64,000 nucleotides of DNA from Octopus sinensis (Eukaryota), in assembly GCF_006345805.1 (NCBI RefSeq), contig NC_043009.1:67084001-67148000 (forward strand). The letters run 5' to 3'. Each line of letters starts with the position of its first letter. Position 1 is the stretch's first letter. Below the pieces are notes generated by a model. The model ran no database searches. It was not told where the DNA came from and was given only the letters and a program-made list of their open reading frames with translations. The position numbers and the translations under genes were made by a program. Shown here piece after piece: positions 35,561-47,785 of this stretch.

Positions 35561-36364
35561 CACACCTCTTTCAATTAATTTTGAAAATTAGGAGTTTCAA
35601 TAGATTTAGAAAAATAATTAACTTTTTTTTAATTATTATTCTACCATTTGCAAACCTACAGATTCTTATGAAGCCAAGAAGAGAGCCTCCAGAGGTCACT
35701 TGACCAGCTATACATAGCAGCCAACTATCCCTCAATTCCTACCCAACTGTGTTAAAAAAGGAAGAATATATTAGGATAATATAGTCCTATGTATGCTGTA
35801 TGTCTTCAGAAAAGTTAGGATGGTCATGGTTAGAAGCATCTTTCTTATAGGACTCTCAGTCAGAGCTTGTCCCTCCCCTCCACTGTTTGACAACTAGTGT
35901 TGGTTTGTTTATGTCCCTGTAATTGTTTCGGCATTGGAGATTGAATAAATACCAGGCTCAAGATAAATGTTTAACACTGGGGTTGGTTCGTTTGATTAAA
36001 ACCCTTCAAAGCTGTGCCCCAGCATGGCTGCAGTCCAGTGACTGAAACAAATGCCAGACAAAAAGATATTTGGGTGGATGGGACTGAACAATTCCTGGCT
36101 TTGGGTAAAACAAAATACAAGAGGATTAGTTAATTATGGTTTTATTCAACATATTCTCAGATTCACACACTTATTGCAGCGATCCTTCAGTTTTTCTAAG
36201 CCCTGTAAAAGACCTTGGAAGGTTAGACCTCCAACCAGGCTTTTCATGATGCCCTTAAAACCAGGAACTTTTCGGCCCCACCTGCTTGTATAATTTTTTT
36301 TTCCCTTTTATGGTTTCAAATGCATTTTTCATGTTTGCAGAGCATGTAGGAAAATGTTTATTTG

Positions 36365-36580
36365 CCAGCCTCCCCTGGCACCTGTGCCAGTGGCACGTAA
36401 AAAGCACATACTGCACTCACAGTGTGGTTGGCGTTAGGAAGGGCATCCAGCTGTAGAAACACTGCCAGATCAGATTTAGCCTGGTGCAGCCTTCTGGCTT
36501 GCCAGTCCTCAGTTAAACAGTCCAACCCATGCCAGCATGGAAAGCGGATGTTAAATGATGATGATGATGTTGATGATGAT
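36365..36580 (+). mobile_element. RTE 3' UTR fragment with (GAT)n tail
   Basis: Homologous to about 32100-32300. Confidence 0.8.
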
Positions 36581-37138
36581 GATTGTTTCCCCAAGTGGAT
36601 GGCTGCCCTTTTTGCCATTAACCACTGGGAAGCAAATGTGAAATTAGGGTTTGCTTGTTGTTCATCATCATCCTTTAACATCCACTTTTCCATGCTTGCA
36701 TGGGTCAGATGGAAACTGTTGAGGCAGATTTTCTATGACTGGATGCCCTCCTTCCTGTCACCAACCCATACCTGTTTCCAGGCAATGTAACATTTCCGCA
36801 GAGCCAGACATGTCTTTCCATGGAAGGTGGGGACCAAACAACATCATTCGTATAATGGTGATACTCATTTACAACCATTATGTGATATAATAAGGACACA
36901 CACACACACAGTGGGCTTCTTTTAGTTTCCGTCTACCAAATCTATCATAAGGCACTGTGGTTGACCTACGGTTATGAGATACTTGTCCAAGGTGCCACAC
37001 AGTGGGACTGAACCCAAAACCATGTGGCTGAGAAGCAAGCATTTTATTACACAGCCACACACACACACACACACACATATATATGAGAATGATGTAAACA
37101 GGAAAAATAGAACTCAAAATATGAGTAAATATATATTT

Positions 37139-37465
37139 TTCATCATCATCATTTAACATCCGCTTTCCATGCTGGCATGGGTTGGATGGTTTAACTGAGG
37201 ACTGGCGAGCCAGAAGGCTGCACCAGGCTTCAATCTGATCTGGCAAAGTTTCTACAGCTGGATGCCCTTCCTAACGCCAATCACTCCGAGTAGTGTAGTG
37301 GGTGCTTTTACATGCCACTAGCACCAGGGCCAGTCAGGCAGTTCTGGCAAAGACCACGCTCAAAAGGTGTTTTTTACATGCTACCTGCACAGGAGCCAGT
37401 CTGGCGGCACTGGCAACAACCACACTCGAATGTTGTTTTTCATGTGCCACTGGCACATGTGCCGC
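37139..37465 (-). mobile_element. RTE 3' UTR fragment inserted in a family A remnant
   Basis: It has a (CAT)n tail at 37139. The left flank AAAATAGAACTCAAAATATGAGTA and right flank GCTGCTAAATATTAAT match family A. Confidence 0.75.
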
Positions 37466-37999
37466 AGTCCTTCAGTTATTCTGTTGCTGCTGCTAAATAT
37501 TAATGAAAATGTTTCCACTCTGTTGAGTGGTTGGTGTTAGGAAGGGCTGGCTCTTGTCAAACCATCCCACCCAGGCCAGCATGGAAGGTGGATGTTAAAC
37601 GATGATGATGTGTGTATGTGTGTTTGTTTATGTATCATAACTTAGCAGTCTGACAAACTGCATTTAATAAAATAAGTATCAGACTTTTATTTAGTTTGAT
37701 TAAAACTTTTCAATCCCACCCTATCAGAGACCTGCTTGAAACTTAGTGTATATATTATATACTTATATCTATATATTAACGAACTATATATTAATTAACT
37801 GTTCTACATTAATGATCTGTTGCTAATTTTATGTGACTGATTTTTTGTTTTATTTGTTGTTTCGTTTTCTGACAATCATTTTCTAGAATGAATTCCATAC
37901 CATTTCTTTTTTTTTTCTTTCTTGTTTAAAGATTTTGAACATGAATTTAATAATTTCATATTTTTGTTCTTAATTTTCCTTTTTCTTTTTCTTTTTCAG

Positions 38000-38203
38000 G
38001 TTCTAGGTCGTTAAATTAAAAAAATCATTTCGTCAAGCATATTAGTATATCATATTTTAAAATAATATATATATATTTACATATACATATATAAAGAAAA
38101 AAAAAAGTAAAAAACAAAAAAAAAATTAACAAAAAAAAATTCTCAAGAAGGCAAATTTTTTTTCCTTCTAACTGACAAATTGATTATATATATATACATA
38201 CAT

Positions 38204-38235
<32 letters not shown>

Positions 38236-38631
38236 GTATATATAAATATATATGTATATATATTTTTAATGAATTTGTCAGTTATTCCTTTTATAAGAAT
38301 GCATAGTAGTATCTTCATCGAATTACTTGTATATGAATGTGTGGAGAATTACGTAAATGGTACATGGAACTTTGGGCAACAAAAGCAACAGCAGTGTAGA
38401 ATTTGTGCAACTGTGTATACTAATTGGACATCTTGGGTCCCAAAGACCAGCGCAATCTTTTATGAATTTCCGGAACAGTACTCAAAGCAGGATTCAATAT
38501 ATATATAGCACATAATTCTTGGTATAAATGGCCGTTATATAGATATTAACGAGCCAATCTTAATCGGTCACATTGACTTCCAACATATTTTCTTTCTTTT
38601 CTTTCTCTCTCCTCTCAACTTTTATATAAAC
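38000..38631 (+). other. Probable 5' UTR portion of the large exon
   Basis: A strong acceptor TTTTCTTTTTCTTTTTCAG|G lies at 37999/38000, followed by AT-rich sequence with stops up to the ATG at 38632. An alternative acceptor TCTAG|T at 38642 cannot be excluded. Confidence 0.45.
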
Positions 38632-40623
38632 ATGGAATCTAGTGTTGACCAAGAAACTGATGAACAGACAAAACTAAAGTCCAGTTCATTGTCCCCTAAA
38701 GTTGTGAGACCAAAACTGCCTGCTTTTTCCTCAAGCTTTAGACCATCCAAAAATCGCTCTAAAACAGATCCCGGCAATGCAGGTGAAATTAGCCGGGCTG
38801 TTCTGGAGGACATGAAACAAAGAAAACATAGTCGTCAGCGACTATCTCGATCTCAACCGTCGAAAAGTTCCCAAGCACCAACGTCAACTCCCACATCTCC
38901 TGTGACTGATTCACAGAGATCAGGATTTTCTCGAAGACAAAACCGGAGTCTAAAGCTTACAGAGTTAACGGATAAATTAAAATCTGGTCCTAGTTCAAAC
39001 GATATTTCATGCAACATTCCATCATCCAGCGATTTGTCGACAGTCGCACCCTACGGTACTTTAAGGAAAATTCCTAATGTTGAAGACTTTAGTCAGTGTG
39101 AGCAAATTTTAGACTCACCAGACGATAGTCTATATGAAAGCGGCAGTCCAAAGATGCCTGAAGATTTATCAAAGATGGAATCAGGAGAGGCTCTACCATA
39201 TTATTCTCATAAAGACACAAAGGATTCGATGTCAGAACAATGTCTAAGTAAACTGGAAAGTTCTTCTGTTTCTTCAGATTGTTTGCCTTCTCCGGATGAT
39301 AAATCTTTGGATGATGATGGGACTGGCACCAGTGAATCAGACACCAGTTCAACAACGAGTGGCCCTTATATCTACCAACCTCTGAATCGTGACTCTGAAT
39401 TCTTCAAGCTTGCCAAAACTGCTCCACAACGAAGAACTGGTATAACTACTTTAGCAACACGTAATAAAGTGCAAGCCATTTTTGGTACTAGCCACCCAAT
39501 GCAATTGGCTAGTTTCCAGCAGTCTGATGAAGACAAACGTTCCGAAGAACATTCAGGGGGCCACCCACCTCAACGATCTGAGTCTGTCCATGTTCCAGGC
39601 TCACAACGAAAAGCTGACCGGTACATTAAACGTTCTTCAAAGCATAAAGCATCACCAAAAGAGGAAGGCTCAATTGATAGTAATGGATTTGGTACTTTAA
39701 AATCTGAAGAAACTTCAGAAAGTGCACCATCAGACCAATCTCGAGATAATCTCTCACTGTTAGCTGCAGGCAGCTGCCAATCCACGGATGGTCAAATAAA
39801 CACTGATGATGTAGTGCACTTTTCTGAATATACAGATGAAAATATTGTTGTGGAAGTCTCAGACAATGAAAGATTTGAAAAGAAAAATGGAAAACTAACG
39901 AAACCAAAGTCAATAAGTGACCCAAGTGCTGACAAGACCAAAGTTTTGTCCGAAATTAGCAAAGAAATAAACTCATCACATGCACACAGTTCACCTGTCT
40001 TATCACGTGACATAACAGAAGATGGGGGGCCTTTACAGCAATTCCAAGAAACCAATAACCCTCAACTTGAACTAAGCCCATATTCAGAAATAGTTCTTCC
40101 TCATGCAAGCCCTAAATCCTCAAACCCAGAGCGCCGTATATCTCAAGAAAGCCAAAGATGTCAAAGCCCAGGCTTGGAATCGACAATAGAAGAAGGGGAT
40201 GAAAGTGAACAGTACCCCGACGATTCCTTGTTAAAACCTGACAAGTTGATCTATATAGGATCATCTGCCCCCACAACGCCTCACAATCAGTCTCCAACAA
40301 GTACCCTTGAACGTCCTCCACACAACCTCCTCAGTGTACCTATAACACGAAAGCCCATTTTAAGAAGTATGAGTTCAGCCAGTGTTCTTCAACATGACCG
40401 GCGCATGTTCAACACGGCGAACAAAGACAAGGATGTCGTTCGTAAATTCAGTATAAATTCTGATGACTCAATTCCGGGAAATATGAAACCTGGTACATCG
40501 GTGCCAGAGTTTGCTTCACCTCTCAGCGACAATGGCTCTTATATCACTATAAGCATGCCAGATGTCTGGAAACAAAATGCTAATGTATTTGACTCTTCAG
40601 AAAAGGTCCAAGCCTACGTTAAG
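38632..40623 (+). CDS. Large coding exon (664 codons) of an unidentified Ser/Pro-rich, probably disordered protein N-terminus; gene continues downstream
   Basis: The 675-aa ORF is the only long non-repetitive ORF in the window. The ATG has good context (AAACATGG) and there is an in-frame upstream TAG at 38506-38508. A canonical donor AAG|GTAAGT lies at 40623/40624 (phase 0), after which the ORF runs 11 codons into intron-like sequence. It has many basophilic phospho-motifs (RSES, RRIS, RSMS, RKFS) and SP/TP sites. No folded domain was recognised. Confidence 0.85.
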
Positions 40624-41249
40624 GTAAGTCGCTTTTTTCCGATTAATTTTCCTACTTGACTTTTAGTAACAACCAGTTTTGGAGTTTTGTCTTTTATCTA
40701 TTACAGTCTTTGTGTTTGCGTGTGTATATGTTATATAGTTATGTTGTTGTTGCACACATATAACCACATAAATTTGTGTGTATGCATTTGTACATATAAC
40801 TTAAAAGAAATATTATCTATTTTCATGTTGTTGAATTGGATTCTACGCATTAAAAATAACAGTGAAAAAAGAACAAAAAACAAACCTACTAACTCAGTTT
40901 GTGATTTTTTAAACATGGCATTTCCTAGATTAAAAAATATATTTTTGTCAAAGCAGTATATTTCTAGCTCCAAAGTCATACTAGTAGTAGTAGTAGTAGT
41001 ATTGTAGAAGCTAATAACTTTAGTACTTACTTCCATCGTCAACAAATCCTCTTTGTTACACTGTGTGTGTATGTGTGTGTATTAGATTGTGTGTGTGTAT
41101 TAGATTGTGTGTGTGTATTTTCGTGGAAGTGTTTGTGCTGAAGTACTTACGGATTACTACTGTGAAATATTTGGTAACATTTTGTTTATTAGAACTTTGT
41201 TTCAGCTTATTGTAATATATCATTGTGGTTGTTGTTGTTGTTAATTATT

Positions 41250-42100
41250 AAGGTAGAGAACTGACAGATTCGTTAACACAATGGACAAATGCTTGGTGGC
41301 ATTTCGCCCATCTTTCAATAGCGATAATTCCACCATGGTCGACATTATTTTCCATCCTTTCAGGGTCAATAAAATAAGTACCAGTTATGCACTGGGGATG
41401 TGATGTAATCGACTCAGCTCACTCTCCCCAAATTGCTGGCTTTGTGCCAAAATTTGAAATTGTTGATATACCGAACAAAATACGTAGCGACATTTCATGT
41501 CTTTACACTCTGAGTTCCAGTTCCACCAAAGTCAGTTTTGCTTTTTATCCTTTTGGGGTTGATAAAAATAAGTTGAACATTGCCCCCTCCCCTAAAATAT
41601 CTGGCCTTGTACCAAAATTTTAAATGATTATTAAGGTGGTGAGAGTGGATTTGTAGAAATGCTAAAGTGTTGGGGGTGAAAAAAAAAGTATTTAGTTGTG
41701 CTTCGTTTGCATTCTGATTTCAAATCCTGCCGAAGTCACTTGTCCTTTTCATTCTTGTGGGGTTAATGAAATAAGCAACTGGTCAAGTTCTGCAGTTGAT
41801 TTTGACTCTACACTCTCTTGGAAACATGTGAGGCCTTGTAACTATGTAAGGAATCATCATTATTGTTGCCTGAAAGGCAGCAAGCAAGCTGGCAGAATTG
41901 TTAGCAAGCTGCATGAAATGCTTAGCAGTATTTCACCTGTCACTGTGCTCGGAGTTCAAATTCCGCCGAGGTTGACTTTGCCTTTCATTCTTTCAGGGTC
42001 GATAAATTAAGTACCAGTTACACACTGGGGTCGATATAATCAACTAGTGCCCTCCTCCCAAATTTTAGGCCTTGTGCCTATAGTAAAAAGGATTATTATT
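41250..42100 (+). mobile_element. Four head-to-tail SINE family 2 copies
   Basis: Copies at about 41250-41465, 41480-41625, 41634-41830 and 41880-42100, all on the + strand. Confidence 0.75.
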
Positions 42101-42800
42101 GGTATCTGAAGTATAACATAACAACATTGATAAAATTTCAATAGCGATAATTTGTCCTAACAAGCACCTCTCTTATCATTTACTTGTTTTTGTCATTGGA
42201 CTGTGGCCATGTTGGGGCACCACTTTAAAGGGTTTAGTTGAATAAGTCTAACCCACTACTAACTTTTAAAGTCTGGTACTCATTCTGTTGGTATCTTTTG
42301 CTAAACTGTTAAATACAGGGATGTAAACAAACCAGTATTGGTTGTCAAGCGGTAGTGGGGACAAACACAGACATTCCCACCCCAATTCCAAGGTGATGCA
42401 CAAGCACTTAGCTCTGAGTGGAATGCACCTTACAGCAGAAACAGCTGTAAGCTAATGAGATTCATTGCTTAATTACTTGTTCTTCTGTCATTTACTTAAA
42501 TTTATATCAGGCTTTGTACTCCATTGATGATTTATTCTGAAGCAGGTGTCTGTTGAGTTCTAACACCAGGTTATTAGTATCGCCATATCTAAGCTCTCTC
42601 TCTATATATATGTAAGTTGAAATGTCTTGGAAGAATAATGGTATGTCTTTTCTACTCCTCTGAGATTTTTCCTAATAAAATGTTTTAATTACTGGAATTT
42701 TATTCTTTGGGAAAAATCGAAACAGCTGTAAGAAAACATGTTGAATTGTTGAAGTTAACAAATTATATTAATGCTACATCTCCATTTTCTGAACTTTAAC

Positions 42801-42844
<44 letters not shown>

Positions 42845-42988
42845 ACACACACACACACACACACATTTTTAGGCAGTTAATTGTTATGGCCAGTAATAAA
42901 GTAACCATTTGGTATTTTACATCTATAAAATGCTTAGCAGTTTCAGTGACCTCAGACTCAAAGGCATTACTGTCCTGATGCTTTAGAG

Positions 42989-43293
42989 CAGTGGTTCCCA
43001 AAGTGGGCAGTACTGCCCTTCCCTGAGGGTGTTGGAAAGAATCAGAGGGAATTGAAGAAAGATGGGATGATAATGGGGGTGACCAAAACGGGGCAATGAA
43101 TGTAAAAAAAACCAAACAAACAAAATAATGGGTTAATTAGCTTAAGTTTTATTTGTGAAATACTGTTTTGAATTTTCTGCAGAAAATGGTCTGTCTGCGA
43201 TGATGAGTAGTGGTGGTGGTGGTGGGGGGGGGGGCTAGGAATGTGGCCTCAGAACCAAGTGGCTGGAAGCCTGAAAAAGTTTGGGAACCACTG
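42989..43293. mobile_element. hAT (Charlie-like) MITE
   Basis: TIRs CAGTGGTTCCCAAA/TTTGGGAACCACTG and 8-bp TSD CTTTAGAG/TTTTAGAG. Confidence 0.92.
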
Positions 43294-43862
43294 TTTTAGA
43301 GTGTGTTTTTTTTTTTTTTTTTGATATATAAACTACTGATGAGATATATTCTATGTGTGCGTGTGAAGACGCAGGGCCCCGTGAGTTCATTTCCCAGACT
43401 AGGTGACACATTGTGTTCTTGAGCAAAACACTTCGTTTCGTGTTGCTCTAGTCCCTCTTCCAATCCAGGGTGGGGGGATGTTTGCCTGCTCGCCTTGCCA
43501 GTTGGCTGGTGTCATTTGAAGGCAAAAATGATGCAAAGCGCATTGTGACCAGCGATGTGTAACAACATCTGATAGTCTGGTCAGTCATGTGATCACGCGA
43601 TGTATACATATCTAAAATTCCATATGCACATATACACGAGTGTGTGGATAAGAGTGTATGAGGCAGACTACATCTTATCTGAAACTGACTTATGTACGAT
43701 ATCTACTTGTGACATTACAGAGTCTAAATTGTATTTTTGTGTTTCTACAAGGAATACCTTGTCTCCAGCCTCCCATCACTAAAACATACCACATCACTGA
43801 ATGCTTGGACTAATTTAGAAATAAAAATTTACTATAAAAGACGATTATTATTATTATTATTA

Positions 43863-44570
43863 TAAGGTGGTGAGCTAGCAAAATCGTTAGCACGCTGGAT
43901 GAAATGTTTAGTGGTATTTCATCTGTCTTTATGATCTGAGTTCAAATTCTGCTGAGGTTGACTTTACCTTTCATCCTTTTGAGGTCGATAATATAAGTAC
44001 TAGCTGTGTACTGGGGTCAAAGAAATCAAGTTGTCCCCTTCCCCAAAATTGCTGCCCTTGAGGCAAAATTTGAAACCATTATTATTATTATTATTATTAC
44101 TATTGTTGTTGTTATTAGGCAACGAGCTAGCAGAATTGTTAGCACACCAGGTAAAAAGCTTAATAACATTTTGCTTGTCTTCAAGTTCAAATTCTGATGA
44201 AGTTGGCTTTGTCTTTCATCCTTTCGGGGGTCGATGAAATAAGTACCAGTTGAATACTGGGAGTCAGTGTAAATTGACTTATCCCTTACCCTGAATTTGG
44301 GGTCTTGGGCTAAATTTTGAAATAATTATCATTAAAATTATTATTATTATTAAGACAGCAAACTGGCAAATTGTTAGCACACCTATCAAAATACTTAAGC
44401 AGCATGTTGTCCATCTTTACGTTCTGAGTTCAAATCCTGCTGAGGTCAACTTTGCCTTTCATCCTTTCGGGATTGATAAAAATAAGTGCCGGTTGAGCAC
44501 TGGGGTCGGTGTAATTGACTAACTCCTTCCCCCACCCCCAAATTTCAGCCCTCGTGCCTTTAGTAGAGAG
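43863..44570 (+). mobile_element. Three head-to-tail SINE family 2 copies separated by (ATT)n
   Basis: Copies at about 43863-44090, 44118-44350 and 44355-44570. Confidence 0.85.
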
Positions 44571-44699
44571 GGTTTATTTATTGGTGAAATCTTGTTGCTT
44601 TAGTAGTGTTATCATCCAATTACTCAGGTGTTGATGGTTTTCCTTCTTTCTTGTTATACGTTGCACTTTATGCATTGAATGTTCTTTTGATTCTGTTAT

Positions 44700-44935
44700 C
44701 ATCATCATCATCATCATTTAATGTCCGTTTTCCATGCTAGCATGGGTTGAACAGTTTGACCGGGGTCTGGTAAGCCATGGAGGCTGCACCAGGCTCTAGT
44801 CTGATTTGGCAGTGTTTCTACAGCTGGATGCCCTTCCTAACGCCAACCACTCTGTGAGTATAGTGGGTGTTTTTTACGTGCCACTGGCACAGGGGCCAGA
44901 GCAAGCTGGCAAACGGCCATGATCGGTTGGTGCTT
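44700..44935 (-). mobile_element. RTE 3' UTR fragment with (CAT)n tail
   Basis: Sequence homology. Confidence 0.8.
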
Positions 44936-44954
44936 AAAAAGAAATGGCATTTCA

Positions 44955-45265
44955 TTGGTTATGACGAGGGTTCCAGTTGATCCGATCAATGGAACAGCTT
45001 GCTCGTGAAATTAATGTGCAAGTGGCTGAGCACTCTATAGACATGCGTACCCTTAACATAGTTCTCAGGGAGATTCAGTGTAACACAGAATGTGACAAGA
45101 CTGGCCCTTTGAAATATAGGGACTACTCATTTTTGCCAGCTGAGTGGACTGGAGCATTGTGAAATAAAGTGTCTTGCTCAAGAACACAATGCATCACTGG
45201 GAATTGAACTCACGACTATACGATCGTGAGCCGAATGCCCTAACTATTAAGCCACGTGCCTTCAC
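44955..45265 (-). mobile_element. tRNA-derived SINE (family 3-type head, TGGAACCCTCG-type 3' end)
   Basis: Same organisation as 56825-57172. Confidence 0.75.
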
Positions 45266-46007
45266 ATGTTATAACAAGGTGTTAATTACGGATGCAGGTA
45301 ATGAAGGCTGACTTGGAACTACAAGACCACAACAACGAACTTGCTCCTCTGTCTCAACTAACCAAGCAACTATCAAATAACAAAGTACTTATAATAGGTT
45401 AATTAGTATAGCACCAGTTCACCGTACAAACCAGAGTAATTAGTGGTGTCGTTAGTTTGACACAAGCAACAGGTAAAGAGATATGACTAAACGTTTATTG
45501 TCATTTAACCTCGGGTCAGTCCCGATCCAGCAGGTCTATGACCGAAGACGTTCCAGTTGTGACCATCCTGTCTGTGTGTGTGTCCTTTCTGTTAAGGTTG
45601 AAGGGCAGAAATTTTTGTGGGAGGAGAAATGTTGGTTACATGGATTCCAGTTTTCAACTGGTGCTGGTACTTATTTCATTGACCCAGAAAAGAATGAAAG
45701 GTACAGTCGACCTCAGCAGAATTTGAACTCAGAACATAAAGACAGATAAAATGCTAAGCATGTTGTCTGTAATGCCAATAATTCTGTTAACTCGTTGCCT
45801 TATGTCTTTGTGTAAATCAAAGACCATTTGTTCAATGTATACTTTGCTACCTCTTTGAAGAGTTTAAAAAAAAAAAAATCAACTGCAGTACTTGTCTGTC
45901 AATTGCTCTTGCTGAACTGCTAGATTACAGGGATGTAAACGAACCAACACTGTTTATCAAGCAGTAGTGGGGACAAAGACAAACCTGGACACCTATGCAT
46001 GCACACA

Positions 46008-46039
<32 letters not shown>

Positions 46040-46106
46040 CCTGCATACATATATGTATTTATACGTGTGTGTGTGTGTGTGCATGCATCCACATATGTAT
46101 TAATAC

Positions 46107-46146
<40 letters not shown>

Positions 46147-46585
46147 TGTAGGCATATAGATTTGTTGTGCAGTGAATCTTGGGGTGTGACCCCCCCAAGA
46201 TGTTGGCAGTTGATTCAAGTGAATTACAGATGACTCTTGAAATAAGAGCCACTTAAAAAAAACAAACAACAAAAATAACAACAAGAACAACATCAAACAA
46301 ACAATGGTCTTCATCATCATTATCCCAATCATCACTACCACCATCACCATGCAATCCCATTCCTCATTCTCCATAGATTAATGTCGTTCTATTGTTTTGT
46401 TGTGATGTCCCTCTGTCCCACCCTGGCACTGGTGACCCTCCGTAACCTTGGTGACCAAGTGGATATGACTCAGCCAGCAGCTATTAGCAGCCACTTTTAA
46501 GCTACACTCTTCTTTAACATGTCATCTTCAATTAACCAGTGTTTGTAGTATTTAGTATGTCTGGCTACACATCTGTTTATCAGTG

Positions 46586-46636
<51 letters not shown>

Positions 46637-46646
46637 TTATTATAAT

Positions 46647-46988
46647 GTGAAGGCACCTGGCTCAGTTGTAAGAGCATTTGAGTCACAGTCATAAGGTAGC
46701 GAGTTCGATTCCCAGACTGGGCTGTGTGTTGTGTTCTTGAGTAAGACACTTTATTTCACATTGCTCCAGTTCACTCAGCTGTAGAAATGAGTTGTGATGT
46801 CACTGGTGCCAAGCTGTATCGGGGCCCCTTTGCCTTTCCCTTGAATAACATCGGTGGCATGGAAAGGGGAGGCTGGTATGCATGGGCGACTGCTGGTCTT
46901 CCATAAACAACCTTGCCTAGACTTGTACCTTGGAGGGGAAATTTCTAGGTGCAACCTCATAGTCATTAATGACCAAAGGGGGTCTAAT
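46647..46988 (+). mobile_element. SINE family 3, full length
   Basis: A/B boxes present; reverse complement of 16455-16807. Confidence 0.85.
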
Positions 46989-47054
46989 ATATATATATAC
47001 ATATATATATATATCTCTATATATAATATATATATATATATGTATAGGGAACAC

Positions 47055-47385
47055 CATTTGAGCGTAGTTAATGCCAGTGGCATGTAAAAAGCACCATTCA
47101 AGCATGGTCGATGCCAGTGCAGCCTGACTGGTTTTCATGTTGTTGGGATGTAAAAGACACCATTCAAGCATGGCCATTGTCAGTGCCGCCTGATTGGTGG
47201 CATGTAGAAAGCACTCTTACACTCTCGGAGAGGTTGGTATTAGGAAGGGGCATCCAGCTGTAGAAACATTGCCAGATCAGATTGGAGCCTGGTGCAGCCT
47301 CCTGGCTTGCCAGTCCTCAGTCAAATTGTCCAACTAATGCCAGCATAGAAAGCAGACGTCAAACGATGATGATGATGATGATGAT
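47055..47385 (+). mobile_element. RTE 3' UTR fragment with (GAT)n tail
   Basis: Sequence homology. Confidence 0.8.
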
Positions 47386-47569
47386 ACAGATATGGCTGTG
47401 TGGTAAGAAATTTGCTTCCTAACTACATGGTTCCAGGTTCAGTCCCACTGCGTGACAGCTTGGCCAAGTGTCTTCTACTATAGCCCTGGGTCAATGAAAG
47501 CCTTTTGAGTGGATTTAGTAGACAGAAATTGAAAGAAGCCTGTCATATTGTGGGTGTGTGCATGTGTAA

Positions 47570-47785
47570 AGGAGTGAGCTGGCAGAATCATTAGCACACC
47601 GGGCAAAATTTTTCGTGGTATTTTGCTCATCTTTGAATTCTGAGTTCAAACTCCACCGAGGTTGGCTTTTCCTTTCATTCTTTTGTGGTTGATGAAATAA
47701 GTATCAGTTGAACACTGGGGTTGATGTATTCAACTTAGCCCCTCCCCTTGAAATTGTTAGCCTTGTGTCAAAATTTGAACCCAAT
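47570..47785 (+). mobile_element. SINE family 2
   Basis: Sequence homology. Confidence 0.75.

Noticed and set aside
39089-40321. Overlapping antisense and alternate-frame ORFs within the large exon
   Set aside because: They are short (69-99 aa) shadow ORFs expected within a real coding exon.
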